From NCBI GenBank assembly GCA_020847375.1, contig JADLCB010000002.1, forward strand, positions 11,877-75,876: a DNA stretch of 64,000 nt, written 5' to 3'. Below are positions 18,852 through 27,981 of this stretch, piece by piece. Numbering within the stretch: position 1 is the first letter of the stretch; every line of letters starts with the position of its first letter. Under the pieces are notes generated by a model. It was not told the DNA's origin, made no database searches, and saw only the letters and a list, made by a program, of their open reading frames with translations. The DNA is from Phycisphaerales bacterium. GTDB lineage: Bacteria > Planctomycetota > Phycisphaerae > Tepidisphaerales > Tepidisphaeraceae. The position numbers were made by a program, and so were the translations under genes.

Positions 18852-20546
18852 ATGCGCGAACCATCCGCTCAGCCTGCAGGCATCCGGCAACAACTCTGGC
18901 GACGGCCAGCCATCGGCGTTGCGCTAGCCTATATCGTGGGTATCGCGCTTCACACCAGTACGGTGCATCAACCGTGGTTATGGATCAGTATCGCCAGTGC
19001 GCTACTGGCAGGGGCAATCGTGCTGCATCGGCACACCCGATCCGCCACGATCCTGCTGGGCATGACGATGGTTATTCTGGGGATGCTTCACGCCCAGTTG
19101 CGCGACTACGCATTCGACCAGGACGACATCGCCCAGTACACCAGCCCAACGCCAACACTCGTCAACGTGGAAATGCGCATCGATGATCCGCCGCGTAATC
19201 TGAGTGGCGCGTTTGAGCTGTTCTGGCCGCTTCCACCCCGGCAGGTTTTTCGTGCTTCGGTTCAACGGGTGGAGTTGAAGACGGGATGGCAGGCAACCGG
19301 CGGTAAAATAGCGGTGCAGGTTACGCCACCGCATCCTTCACTTGGCGCCGGTCAGATCGTGCGCGCCACCGGAATGATCCAGCGCCCAGCTTCGGCGATG
19401 AACGCCGGTGGATTTGACTGGGCGAATTATTACCGTCAGCAGCGCATCCTGACCACGTTGCAAATCCGCGCGCCAGCGGGTGTGACCATCCTGCATGAAG
19501 GCGGCTTTTCTTTTCTGGATTATTTGCGCCGCCGGGCGCGCAATGCGCTGGCGATGGGGTTTGAGCAGGATCATTCGCTCGATCACGCCCTGCTGGGCGC
19601 GCTGCTGCTGGGTGATGCTGATCCGGAGTTGCGCGATATACAGGAGCAGTTTCGCCGCACTGGTACCAGCCATCATCTGGCGATTTCCGGTATGCACGTG
19701 GCGGTGCTGGGTGGATTTATTCTGCTGCTGTGTCGCCTGCTGGGCTTATCGCCGCGCATCGCCGCGCTAATCACCGGTGGATTTATTCTGCTGTACGGAA
19801 CGGTGACGCTCCCCTCGCCGCCGGTGGTGCGGGCGGTGCTGCTGTGCCTGTCGGTCGGTATTGGCCTGGCTGCCCGCCGATCGATCGACATGCTGCAGCT
19901 TCTGGCGCTCAGTGCCCTGGCCATGTTGATCTATCAACCGCTGGACCTGTTCAACGCCGGCTTTCAACTTTCCTTCGGCACGGTGCTCGGTTTGATCCTT
20001 TTGACCGGCCCGGTAACGGAAGTTTTTCAGCACCACGATCCATTGGATGTGACCATCGTGCCCAGAACCGGCAGCCAGATGGCAATCATCCGGCGCGCAA
20101 CCATCAATTACATGCAACTGATTTTCGCCGGCGCCCTGACGGCATGGCTGGTTTCGCTGCCGATGGTTTCGTATCACTTTGATCGTCTGAATCCGTGGGC
20201 GGTCATCGGTTCGATCGTGCTGGCTCCGCTGGTTTTTCTATCCCTGCTGGGCGGGTTGTTCAAGGTGATCCTCTCATTGCTCCTGCCGAGTTTGGCCGGC
20301 GTCTGGGCAGATATCGCCACCTGGCCGATTGCACTGATGCGCCACACGGTTGACCTGCTGGAAAAACTCCCCAACAGTGACCTGCCGCTGCCGGCTCCTT
20401 CGGTTTTGTTCATCGTCATTTACTATCTAGCGATGTTGCTTCCCCTGCGCGTCGCGTCCATCCGTGACCGTCTGCCCGCCTGGGCCAGGCTGGTCCCCAT
20501 CCTGATCTGCCTGATCCTTTTATGCCTGCCCGCATTTCGGCGCTGA
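18852..20546 (+). CDS. comEC: ComEC/Rec2 DNA internalisation protein, N-terminal OB-like domain plus competence (membrane channel) domain
   Basis: 564 aa with FRRTGTSHHLAISGMHVAVLGGFILLL and many TM helices. It ends at a TGA that is in the same frame as the next ORF. Confidence 0.8.
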   Translation: MREPSAQPAGIRQQLWRRPAIGVALAYIVGIALHTSTVHQPWLWISIASALLAGAIVLHRHTRSATILLGMTMVILGMLHAQLRDYAFDQDDIAQYTSPTPTLVNVEMRIDDPPRNLSGAFELFWPLPPRQVFRASVQRVELKTGWQATGGKIAVQVTPPHPSLGAGQIVRATGMIQRPASAMNAGGFDWANYYRQQRILTTLQIRAPAGVTILHEGGFSFLDYLRRRARNALAMGFEQDHSLDHALLGALLLGDADPELRDIQEQFRRTGTSHHLAISGMHVAVLGGFILLLCRLLGLSPRIAALITGGFILLYGTVTLPSPPVVRAVLLCLSVGIGLAARRSIDMLQLLALSALAMLIYQPLDLFNAGFQLSFGTVLGLILLTGPVTEVFQHHDPLDVTIVPRTGSQMAIIRRATINYMQLIFAGALTAWLVSLPMVSYHFDRLNPWAVIGSIVLAPLVFLSLLGGLFKVILSLLLPSLAGVWADIATWPIALMRHTVDLLEKLPNSDLPLPAPSVLFIVIYYLAMLLPLRVASIRDRLPAWARLVPILICLILLCLPAFRR

Positions 20547-20627
20547 ATAGACCGTCGGCCACCCGTGGCACGATTGCGCTGCGCTATTGATGGCGATTGG
20601 ATTACCCGGCTGGCGATATGACAGGCT

Positions 20628-21608
20628 TTGCCAGTCCCACCACCTTGCAACTGGACAAGCTGCACGAATAACGGCAACTTATTGCTGGTGCAGAACTGGA
20701 AGCAGTCAATTGCGCGCCGGGGCCGGGTTATTGCATGGACCGCAGTGGCTGTCGCTTTTTTTGTCGTGGCGTTCCTTGTTCGTTTTGATGATCTGCACCG
20801 CAGCGACACTACCGATCAGGTGCGCGTTACCATCCTGCCGATCGGTGCCGGAAGCTGCGCGGTTATTGAGCTGCCTGGCCGCCGGGTCTACATCATCGAC
20901 GCGGGATCATCATCGCTGCCTGATCCATTTGGACGCAGCATTGAACCTTTTTTGCGCAGCCGCGGTATTCGGCATATCGACGGATTATTTTTATCACACG
21001 CCGATTATGACCACTTCAGCGCAGCGACTGATCTGCTTGCCCACTACACCGTCAGCAACGTTTATCTGGCTCGCCAGTTTTTCGACAGCACCACAGCCAC
21101 ACCGGCAGTCAGCCGTCTGATGGGCCGCCTGAACAAAAACGGCCCTGTTCCGCACATTGTCAGCGCTGGTCAAAATTTTGTGCTGACAGCCAATACACAG
21201 CTGAACGTACTCTGGCCGGATCCCAGATTCACCGCCAGCGCCAACGATACATCGCTGGTACTGCGCCTGGAACATCATCACCAGCGGGTGCTGTTTACCG
21301 GTGATATTGAAGCTGCAGCCCAGCGGCAACTACTCGATAATGCCGCTGATCTTCAGGCTCAGATTCTGATCGCTCCGCATCATGGCAGCAGCACCAGGAC
21401 CACGGCTGAATTTGTGGCAGCGGTGAACCCGCAGCAGATCGTTTCCTCCAACGGGCGAAGATTGACGCAGCACCAGCGCGATTTTGATGATCTGGTGACC
21501 GTGCCGCATCTGCGCACCAGTCAAGTCGGCGCCATCACCATCACGCTTGGCCCGGCGGAGCAGTTCAACGTCACCAGTTATCTGCCGGTTGATCCGCTGG
21601 ATGAATAA
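20628..21608 (+). CDS. ComEC C-terminal metallo-beta-lactamase domain, encoded as a separate ORF
   Basis: 326 aa. It has one TM segment, then VTILPIGAGSCAVIELPGRRVYIIDAGS and LFLSHADYDHFSA (the HxHxDH-like MBL motif). It is in the same reading frame as 18852-20546, separated by two TGA codons. Confidence 0.75.
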   Translation: MPVPPPCNWTSCTNNGNLLLVQNWKQSIARRGRVIAWTAVAVAFFVVAFLVRFDDLHRSDTTDQVRVTILPIGAGSCAVIELPGRRVYIIDAGSSSLPDPFGRSIEPFLRSRGIRHIDGLFLSHADYDHFSAATDLLAHYTVSNVYLARQFFDSTTATPAVSRLMGRLNKNGPVPHIVSAGQNFVLTANTQLNVLWPDPRFTASANDTSLVLRLEHHHQRVLFTGDIEAAAQRQLLDNAADLQAQILIAPHHGSSTRTTAEFVAAVNPQQIVSSNGRRLTQHQRDFDDLVTVPHLRTSQVGAITITLGPAEQFNVTSYLPVDPLDE

Positions 21609-21624
21609 CCCCAAAAAAGTCGCA

Positions 21625-21649
21625 CGCCGGACAGGTCGTCTGTCCGGCG
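21625..21649. terminator. Bidirectional terminator hairpin between the convergent comEC-MBL and rho genes
   Basis: CGCCGGACAG-gtcgt-CTGTCCGGCG forms a 10-bp stem. It is flanked by CCAAAAAAG on the left, which gives a T-run for the minus strand, and by CGCGTTTGGG on the right. Confidence 0.6.
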
Positions 21650-21703
21650 CGCGTTTGGGATCACATCAAATCTTTCGATTTGAATATTCACTTTTCGTCT
21701 GAA

Positions 21704-23176
21704 TCAGTCCAGATTCATGCTCATCAGGAATTGGGCATTGCTGGGAACCTTTTCCAGCCTGCCCTTGAGCAGCTCAATTGCCTCGACCGGATTCATATCC
21801 GACAGCACCCGGCGCAGACGATACACCAGCTCCAGCTCCTTGGGGTCAAGCAGCAACTCTTCGCGCCGCGTACCGGAGCTGTTGATGTCGATCGACGGAT
21901 AAATTCGACGATCCACCAGGCGCCGATCCAGATGAAGCTCAGCATTGCCCGTTCCCTTGAACTCCTCAAAGATCACTTCATCCATCTTGGAACCGGTATC
22001 CACCAGGGCGGTACCCAGGATTGTCAGCGAACCGCCGCTTTCGATCTGGCGGGCAGCGCCGAAGAACCGCTTGGGTTTCTGCAGGGCATTGGCATCGACA
22101 CCGCCGGACAGAATCTTGCCCGAATGCGGCACTTCCGCGTTATACGCGCGGGCCAGACGGGTGATGGAATCCAGCAGGATCACCACATCCTTGCCAAACT
22201 CGACATAGCGCTTGGCTTTTTCGATCACCATTTCAGCGATCTGCACGTGGCGGCTGGTCGGCTCGTCAAAGGTGGAGCTGACCACTTCGCCCTGCGTGTT
22301 GCGCTTCATGTCGGTCACTTCTTCGGGGCGCTCGTCGATCAGCAGGATGATCAACACCACATCAGGATGATTTTTGCTGATGGAATTGGCGATTTTCTGC
22401 AGCAGCACGGTTTTGCCGGTGCGCGGGGGAGCGACGATCAACATACGCTGACCCATGCCGATCGGGGTCACCAGATCGACGATCCGCATATTCAATTCCT
22501 TGGGATCGGTCTCCAGAATCAACCGGCGGTTGGGGTGCAGCGGCGTCAGGTCTTCAAAATTATTGGTGTCGGTAATGCGCTCAGGGTCTTCACCATTGAT
22601 CGCCTCGACGCGTAAAAGGGCGAAATAACGTTCGGATTCCTTGGGCGGGCGAATCTGCCCCTGAACCACATGGCCATTGCGCAGGCCAAAACGGCGGATC
22701 TGACTGGGGCTGATATAGATATCATCCGGCCCGGGCAGATAGTTCACCTCGGGGCTGCGCAAAAATCCAAACCCATCGGGCAGGATTTCCAGGACACCTT
22801 CACCATACATCAAACCATTCTGACGGATGCGTGCCCGCAGGATATTAAACAGCAGATCCTGCTTCTTCATCCCGATGTAATCGAGAATGTTCTCTTCCCT
22901 GGCGATTTCATGCAGTTGCTGAATATCCATCTGCTGCAGGTCTTTAATAAACAGCTTGCCGCCTTTGACCTGCTCATATTTGGCGTTGGTTTCAGCATCG
23001 AACGCACTGACATCCTGGCCGGTTGCCACCGGCGCCTCCGCGGCCGTTGTTGCCGGGGGGCTTTCAGGCGCTGTCTCAACAGCACTGGACGCCTCGGCAG
23101 CGCGTTCATGGTCGTGGGATGATTCACTCGGGCTGCCACTGGCAGCGCGACGGGTACGGGGTGTGGACTTAGCCAT
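21704..23176 (-). CDS. rho: Transcription termination factor Rho with a low-complexity N-terminal extension
   Basis: Walker [16 protein letters not shown]-binding domain GFGFLR and C-terminal [17 protein letters not shown] prefer the ATG at 23176, which has a GGAGG 11 nt upstream, over the TTG at 23194. Confidence 0.95.
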   Translation of the reverse strand: MAKSTPRTRRAASGSPSESSHDHERAAEASSAVETAPESPPATTAAEAPVATGQDVSAFDAETNAKYEQVKGGKLFIKDLQQMDIQQLHEIAREENILDYIGMKKQDLLFNILRARIRQNGLMYGEGVLEILPDGFGFLRSPEVNYLPGPDDIYISPSQIRRFGLRNGHVVQGQIRPPKESERYFALLRVEAINGEDPERITDTNNFEDLTPLHPNRRLILETDPKELNMRIVDLVTPIGMGQRMLIVAPPRTGKTVLLQKIANSISKNHPDVVLIILLIDERPEEVTDMKRNTQGEVVSSTFDEPTSRHVQIAEMVIEKAKRYVEFGKDVVILLDSITRLARAYNAEVPHSGKILSGGVDANALQKPKRFFGAARQIESGGSLTILGTALVDTGSKMDEVIFEEFKGTGNAELHLDRRLVDRRIYPSIDINSSGTRREELLLDPKELELVYRLRRVLSDMNPVEAIELLKGRLEKVPSNAQFLMSMNLD

Positions 23177-23636
23177 TTTGGCTGGAGCCTCCAAAAGAAA
23201 AAAGGGGTGAAAAAATTCTCGTGTCTCCCTGACTCGCCAGTCACACTGCAGTTTGGGTTGGCTGGGTTTCGGTTTATTCGGCGATGGTGTTTGTTGGTCA
23301 CAATGCGCTGATTGCCGAGGCCAGAACTTGCTGCACCTTCACTTGATGCTGCAAACTACCGTGATTCTGTGAGACATGGGACTTCAATTCGATTATTTAC
23401 GATTATACCGCTGGACAGATCGGAACAGTTCGATCCAGGAAGAAAATGTTACATTTTCTCGCTTGTTAATTCAGTGACAGGCTGAACCATTTCCCATGAA
23501 GCCGTCAACACCGCTCTGCCGGGCGGGCCGCTGAGCAGCACGATCATACAATCGATCGTGCAACGCGGATACTGGAATATTACAGGATTTTCCCAACTTG
23601 CAACAGGCTAAATCGCCCGTGCCCGATGTTTGTTGA

Positions 23637-24275
23637 TTATTTTTCCAGCCGTCCCGCCTTGGAAGCGAGAATATGAAAAAATAGCTGGCGTACCTGCCGT
23701 CCAACAGATTCATCATCGGTGTTGGTGAGAATATATTCGGATAATTTTTGCTTTCTGTCCAGTGGCAACTGCATATTTTCCCGTCGCGTCAGTTCCTGTT
23801 CGTTCCAACCGCGACTTTCGGCCACACGCCGGCGGCGAATTTCCACCGGTGTATCGACAAAAATGACCGCATCGCACTGCTGGTTCAATCCCGTTTCAAA
23901 CAGCAGCGGTATATCCCAGACATACGCCAGAACGCGTGAATCATCGGCTGCCTGCTGCATGGCCTGTTGGCGCAACCGGGCAACATACGGATGCAACAAC
24001 CCTTCCAGCTTCTGCTTATCCTGTTGATCGTTAAAAATCCGGCTGGCCACGAACTGCCGATCCACCGAACCATCCGCCTGTAGCGCCTGCTGGCCCCACC
24101 ACTGGCGCAACTGCTCAAGAATCGCGGGGTCACGGTACGCCTGATCGACCTGATCATCCGCATTGATCACCAGACAGCCCAGCTCGCCGAAAATGCGCGC
24201 AATGTGACTTTTGCCGCTGCCGATTCCCCCTGCCATACCGATGATGGGCTTGCCTTGGTACACGAACCTTATCAT
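23637..24275 (-). CDS. coaE: Dephospho-CoA kinase
   Basis: P-loop IGMAGGIGSGKSHIARIFGELGCLVINADD. I prefer the start at MIRFVYQGKP (24275) over the ORF-track start at 24356. Confidence 0.85.
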   Translation of the reverse strand: MIRFVYQGKPIIGMAGGIGSGKSHIARIFGELGCLVINADDQVDQAYRDPAILEQLRQWWGQQALQADGSVDRQFVASRIFNDQQDKQKLEGLLHPYVARLRQQAMQQAADDSRVLAYVWDIPLLFETGLNQQCDAVIFVDTPVEIRRRRVAESRGWNEQELTRRENMQLPLDRKQKLSEYILTNTDDESVGRQVRQLFFHILASKAGRLEK

Positions 24276-24357
24276 ACCTTGTGCATGATCTGTTGGCGCA
24301 ATTGGAGCAAGTTCATTACACAGGCTACCATGATGCCAGCCCGCGCAATTGACCACA

Positions 24358-24915
24358 ATGGCTGATTCTTCATCAATATTATCCTACGCCCGGCCGTCTT
24401 CGGCTGATCCGCGCCTGCGCCGCTGGGGGGTGGCCAGTTTGATCATCGGGTTCTCCTCCCTCATGCTGACACTGGCTGGTTCCGCGCTGATCTGGACCCG
24501 ATTTTGGTCGGTCTATCAGCTCGGTGCCTCACAGACGCAGCCGTGGAAAGCCATGCTCTACAGCCGCCCGGCACGACTTCAACAACCCAATTTGATACTG
24601 ACGATCATCGTTACCGCGCTTCTGGTTTTGGCGCTGCTGCTGAGTCTGCGCCTGTTGATTCTGGCAGCGCGTCTATTGCGCGGGCGATCGCCATTGGACG
24701 GCCTGCCAATCTGGGCGAGATGGCGCGTAATCCTGTCGCTGCTGATTCCGATTCCGGCCTTTTTACTCGGCCAGAATCTCGATCAGATTCATGCACAATA
24801 TCCATTCAGCCCCCCTGACATCAATTCAGTGATGGTGGTCGGGTGGCTGTTGACGGGTCTGGCGTGGGCGGAATTGATTCTGCCCGTTATCATCTGGCGT
24901 AAAATTCGTCGATAA
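24358..24915 (+). CDS. Small integral membrane protein, unknown function
   Basis: About 185 aa with 4 predicted hydrophobic helices. No recognisable motif. Confidence 0.5.
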   Translation: MADSSSILSYARPSSADPRLRRWGVASLIIGFSSLMLTLAGSALIWTRFWSVYQLGASQTQPWKAMLYSRPARLQQPNLILTIIVTALLVLALLLSLRLLILAARLLRGRSPLDGLPIWARWRVILSLLIPIPAFLLGQNLDQIHAQYPFSPPDINSVMVVGWLLTGLAWAELILPVIIWRKIRR

Positions 24916-24985
24916 TCGACAACTGACGATCATCAACGGTCAGCCCCTGCTCAACACGCAGCGGCTGACAAAAGGCAGTCCGACC

Positions 24986-25699
24986 ATGAGCAATTCTCCA
25001 CCGCGCATCGGCATTTCCACGGATTACATCAGCACCAAACGATGCTACAGCCTCGGTTTTGATTATGTGCGCGCGGTGTTGCGGGCTGGCGGCCTGCCGC
25101 TGCTCATCCCCTTTCAGATACCACTGGAGCAGATCGGTTCGGTGCTGGATTCATTGGATGGCATTATCATTTCCGGTGGGGATGATGCTGATCCTGCGCG
25201 TTGGGGTGAAGCACGCCACCCAGCGGCTGTACCTCTGGACCCCGACCGTGAGCGCTTCGATCTGGCCCTGTTGGAACAGGCGCAAAAAAGAACCATGCCC
25301 ATTCTGGGTATCTGTCTCGGCAGCCAGTTGATCAACATCCAGCGCGGCGGTTCATTGGTGCAGTATCTGCCGGATATCGCCACCAGGGGCTCGCTGGAAC
25401 ATCGCACGTTGACCGACCCGACTCGCCATGAGGTGCGTCTGGTTGATGGTTCCAGATTAGCCGGTGTCATGGGTTGTGTGACCTGTTCGGTCAACACCCG
25501 TCACAAACAAGCGATTAGCACGCCCGGGCGTGGTCTGAAGGTGGTGGCCACCGCGACCGACAACGTTATCGAAGCTGTTGAAGACCCGGATTACCCCTTT
25601 CTGCTGGCGGTGCAGTGGCATCCGGAAAATCTGACCGATGAACCGCCCCACCTGCGCCTGTTTCATGCCCTGGTGCAGGCGGCTGGCCAGCGCGGGTAA
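24986..25699 (+). CDS. Class I glutamine amidotransferase / peptidase C26 (gamma-glutamyl-GABA hydrolase-like)
   Basis: 237 aa with the nucleophile elbow ILGICLGSQLIN and the catalytic His block AVQWHPE. Confidence 0.85.
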   Translation: MSNSPPRIGISTDYISTKRCYSLGFDYVRAVLRAGGLPLLIPFQIPLEQIGSVLDSLDGIIISGGDDADPARWGEARHPAAVPLDPDRERFDLALLEQAQKRTMPILGICLGSQLINIQRGGSLVQYLPDIATRGSLEHRTLTDPTRHEVRLVDGSRLAGVMGCVTCSVNTRHKQAISTPGRGLKVVATATDNVIEAVEDPDYPFLLAVQWHPENLTDEPPHLRLFHALVQAAGQRG

Positions 25700-25753
25700 T
25701 AAATCGGCGATACGCTGAATCATCACCTCCATCAATGGGCGGCCAAATTGTGG

Positions 25754-25922
25754 CAGGGAGTACCCCAGGACAAACGCAAGTAGGTGTCCGATAGGCAATC
25801 TCTTTACGAGCCGCGACCGTAAGAGAGCGGTTTTTGAGCCGATCACCGCTCCCTGACGGTCGCGGCTCGTTAATACATCGACCATCGCGGGCTACTTGCG
25901 TTCGCCCTGGGAGAGTACCCTG
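25754..25922. repeat. REP-like nested palindromic element, copy A
   Basis: Inner arms ACGAGCCGCGACCGTAAGAGAGCGG / CCGCTCCCTGACGGTCGCGGCTCGT surround the loop TTTTTGAGCCGATCA. Outer arms are CGCAAGTAG / CTACTTGCG. The same family recurs at 52.3, 54.0-54.4, 55.0-55.2 and 56.5 kb. Confidence 0.85.
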
Positions 25923-26089
25923 CGCCGGCGGAGGAGTTTGCCACCTGGTCTCATCTGGCGCATTAACCGGCTTGAATTGTGGCAATCCGGGATTAACCGT
26001 TAAGATACTTTTCCTCGTTCACGGATGAAAAGTCAGTCTTTGCGCTGGCAAGCGGGCCAACAAACAGAAATTATCGGAGATTCAAGAGG

Positions 26090-27778
26090 ATGAAAGATAC
26101 CATCAAGCGTTCAGGCGTTGTGCTGATTTTGACTCTGGCCAGCGCAGCAACCGTGTCGCTGGGGCAGGATGCGCCGACGGAACCGACGACTGAAGCGGTA
26201 ACGCCGGTGGACCAAACTGACGCCAGCCAAGCGCCGGCGCAAGGGACACAAGCCGAGCCGCAAGCCCATTTTTCGCGCTCAGCCGAAGGGGAAATCCTCT
26301 TTCAGGAAACGCAGGGTAAATATTATCGCAATGATCTGGCTGGGGCCGAAGCTGGTTTTAGCCAGTTGACCCAGCAGGATGGTGGCGATGTGCAGGCGTG
26401 GTATTTTCTGGGGCTGGCGCAACTGGATCAGGGCAAATACAACGATTCGGTCGCTTCGTTCGATCAGGCGCTGCGTCTTGATCCCACGCTGACGGAAGTT
26501 CATGCTGCCCGCGCCAAGGCGCACATCGCGCTGCAGCAGTATGATCTGGCGGGGAACGATATTGCTGAATTTGAAAATGACCCCGCCTGGCAGGCGCAGG
26601 CGGCTTATCTGAAGGGTCAGATTTATTACGCCCGCGGCGATCTGGATCAGGCTGCCCGCTCTTTTGAAGTTGCGCGAAAGGCTGGCGGCGTTGAGGAGGA
26701 GTCAGCCGAGTTTTACCAGGGTCTGACCTACCTGCGCATGCGTGACCTCGTGCGTGCCCGCAGCATCTACCGTGAAGCGGGGCTGGGCGGGGCGGATCGT
26801 GATCCGACGGTGGCAGCGGCGTCGCGCCAGTTGGATGATGTGCTGGCGTCCCAGCAGCGCAGCAGCCGCCCGTGGGAACTGCAGATCACCACCGGTTACG
26901 AATATGACACCAACGTGCTGCTGATCGGTTCCAACATTGCGCTGCCGACGGAAATTTCCAACCGGGAGGATGGGCGTTTTGTGCTCCAACCCCGCGGCAG
27001 TTACAGCTTCTATCGCAAACCCAACATCGACGTTGGCGTTGAAGCCAACGGTTATTTCACGTTTCAGCAGGATATTACCTCGTTTGATATTTCCAGCTAC
27101 CAGATCGGCCCGTATGTCAATTACAAGCTGGCTGAGAACCTGCACGCCAGCGCCCGTTATGGTTTCAACTACGTTGAGTTTGGACATGAAAAATATCTGA
27201 CGCGCCACCTGATCACCCCGCAATTGACGCTGATCAACCCCAAGGGGGGTTATACCTCAGCCTATTTTCAGTATCAACTCAATGATTTCGCCACTGAATA
27301 TGACGATCCGCTCAAGACATTTGATCGCGACGGCAACAGCTATGTGCTGGGTCTTGTGCAGGGCATTCCCGTGCCGTCACTGTTTGATGCGCAGCAGAAG
27401 GCGAATATCGACCTGAGTTATCGCGTAACGTATCAGGACACGCAGGGTCAGGAATATCAGGGCATCTTGCAGACGCTGGGCGTGGCTTATTACACGCCCC
27501 TGCCCTTCTGGAATCTGCGCCTGGATCTGGGCGGTACACTGACGTACGAAGCGTATCGCAATCCCAGCCAGTTTGACGATCCGGGCAATCGGTCGCGGCG
27601 GCGTGATCTGGAATATGTGCTATCAATCGGCGTAACCCACAAAATCAACGATAAAGCATCATTGCGGGTGGATTACGCGTATACCAATCATAATTCCAAT
27701 ATTGAAATGACGGGTTCCGGTGATCCGTTTGACTATAATCGCAGTATCGTGGGTGTACGATTTATCTACACCTTTTAG
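26090..27778 (+). CDS. Secreted TPR-repeat protein with a C-terminal outer-membrane beta-barrel-like domain
   Basis: 562 aa. It has a signal peptide and TPR-like repeats (WYFLGLAQLDQGKYNDSVASFDQALRLDP). The C-terminal half has alternating hydrophobic beta-strand periodicity and ends in a terminal aromatic, ...VGVRFIYTF. Confidence 0.65.
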   Translation: MKDTIKRSGVVLILTLASAATVSLGQDAPTEPTTEAVTPVDQTDASQAPAQGTQAEPQAHFSRSAEGEILFQETQGKYYRNDLAGAEAGFSQLTQQDGGDVQAWYFLGLAQLDQGKYNDSVASFDQALRLDPTLTEVHAARAKAHIALQQYDLAGNDIAEFENDPAWQAQAAYLKGQIYYARGDLDQAARSFEVARKAGGVEEESAEFYQGLTYLRMRDLVRARSIYREAGLGGADRDPTVAAASRQLDDVLASQQRSSRPWELQITTGYEYDTNVLLIGSNIALPTEISNREDGRFVLQPRGSYSFYRKPNIDVGVEANGYFTFQQDITSFDISSYQIGPYVNYKLAENLHASARYGFNYVEFGHEKYLTRHLITPQLTLINPKGGYTSAYFQYQLNDFATEYDDPLKTFDRDGNSYVLGLVQGIPVPSLFDAQQKANIDLSYRVTYQDTQGQEYQGILQTLGVAYYTPLPFWNLRLDLGGTLTYEAYRNPSQFDDPGNRSRRRDLEYVLSIGVTHKINDKASLRVDYAYTNHNSNIEMTGSGDPFDYNRSIVGVRFIYTF

Positions 27779-27981
27779 CTTTACCGCTTTGCTCACCCAC
27801 TGGGATAAGCGGAGCAAGACGTAAAATTATTAAAGTTGTCTGGAAAAATGAATTTTCTTATCCTGTCAACCATAATGGCCAAACCAAATGCCGGTTCGTG
27901 CTGTCTACTTCAACAGAAGCAGCACGCGCCAGCGGTGCGCGCCAGTGCGCCAGCAGGCTGTTTTGACATGGGAGTGTCGCC

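Noticed and set aside
17816-18853. Long antisense ORFs opposite well-supported genes: 345 aa here, plus 973-1452, 1889-2404, 10332-11105, 12411-13103, 15139-15822, 16267-17109, 21680-22615, 33074-33751, 42820-43704, 44718-45509, 46267-47304 and 60222-61139
   Set aside because: These are shadow ORFs typical of GC-rich DNA. Each lies fully inside a gene with clear family motifs on the other strand, and each is rich in Arg/Gly/His/Gln with no recognisable domain.
20544-20621. Selenocysteine or programmed readthrough at the two TGA codons inside ComEC
   Set aside because: Two TGA codons 75 nt apart sit in a linker region with no SECIS-like hairpin evident immediately downstream, and ComEC has no redox role at that position. 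A split gene or pseudogene is more parsimonious.
23471-23716. 81-aa minus-strand ORF in the rho leader, overlapping the 3' end of coaE
   Set aside because: It overlaps the coaE coding region, has no RBS and no recognisable features. I treat it as part of the untranslated rho leader.
25566-25985. ORFs encoding ...SPLPDGRGSLIHR... / ...INEPRPSGSG... peptides. The same type appears at 25834-26028, 52366-52614, 53923-54123, 54964-55271 and 56438-56653
   Set aside because: These ORFs are simply translations of the REP-like palindromes on either strand. They lack start contexts, overlap one another, and recur wherever the element occurs.
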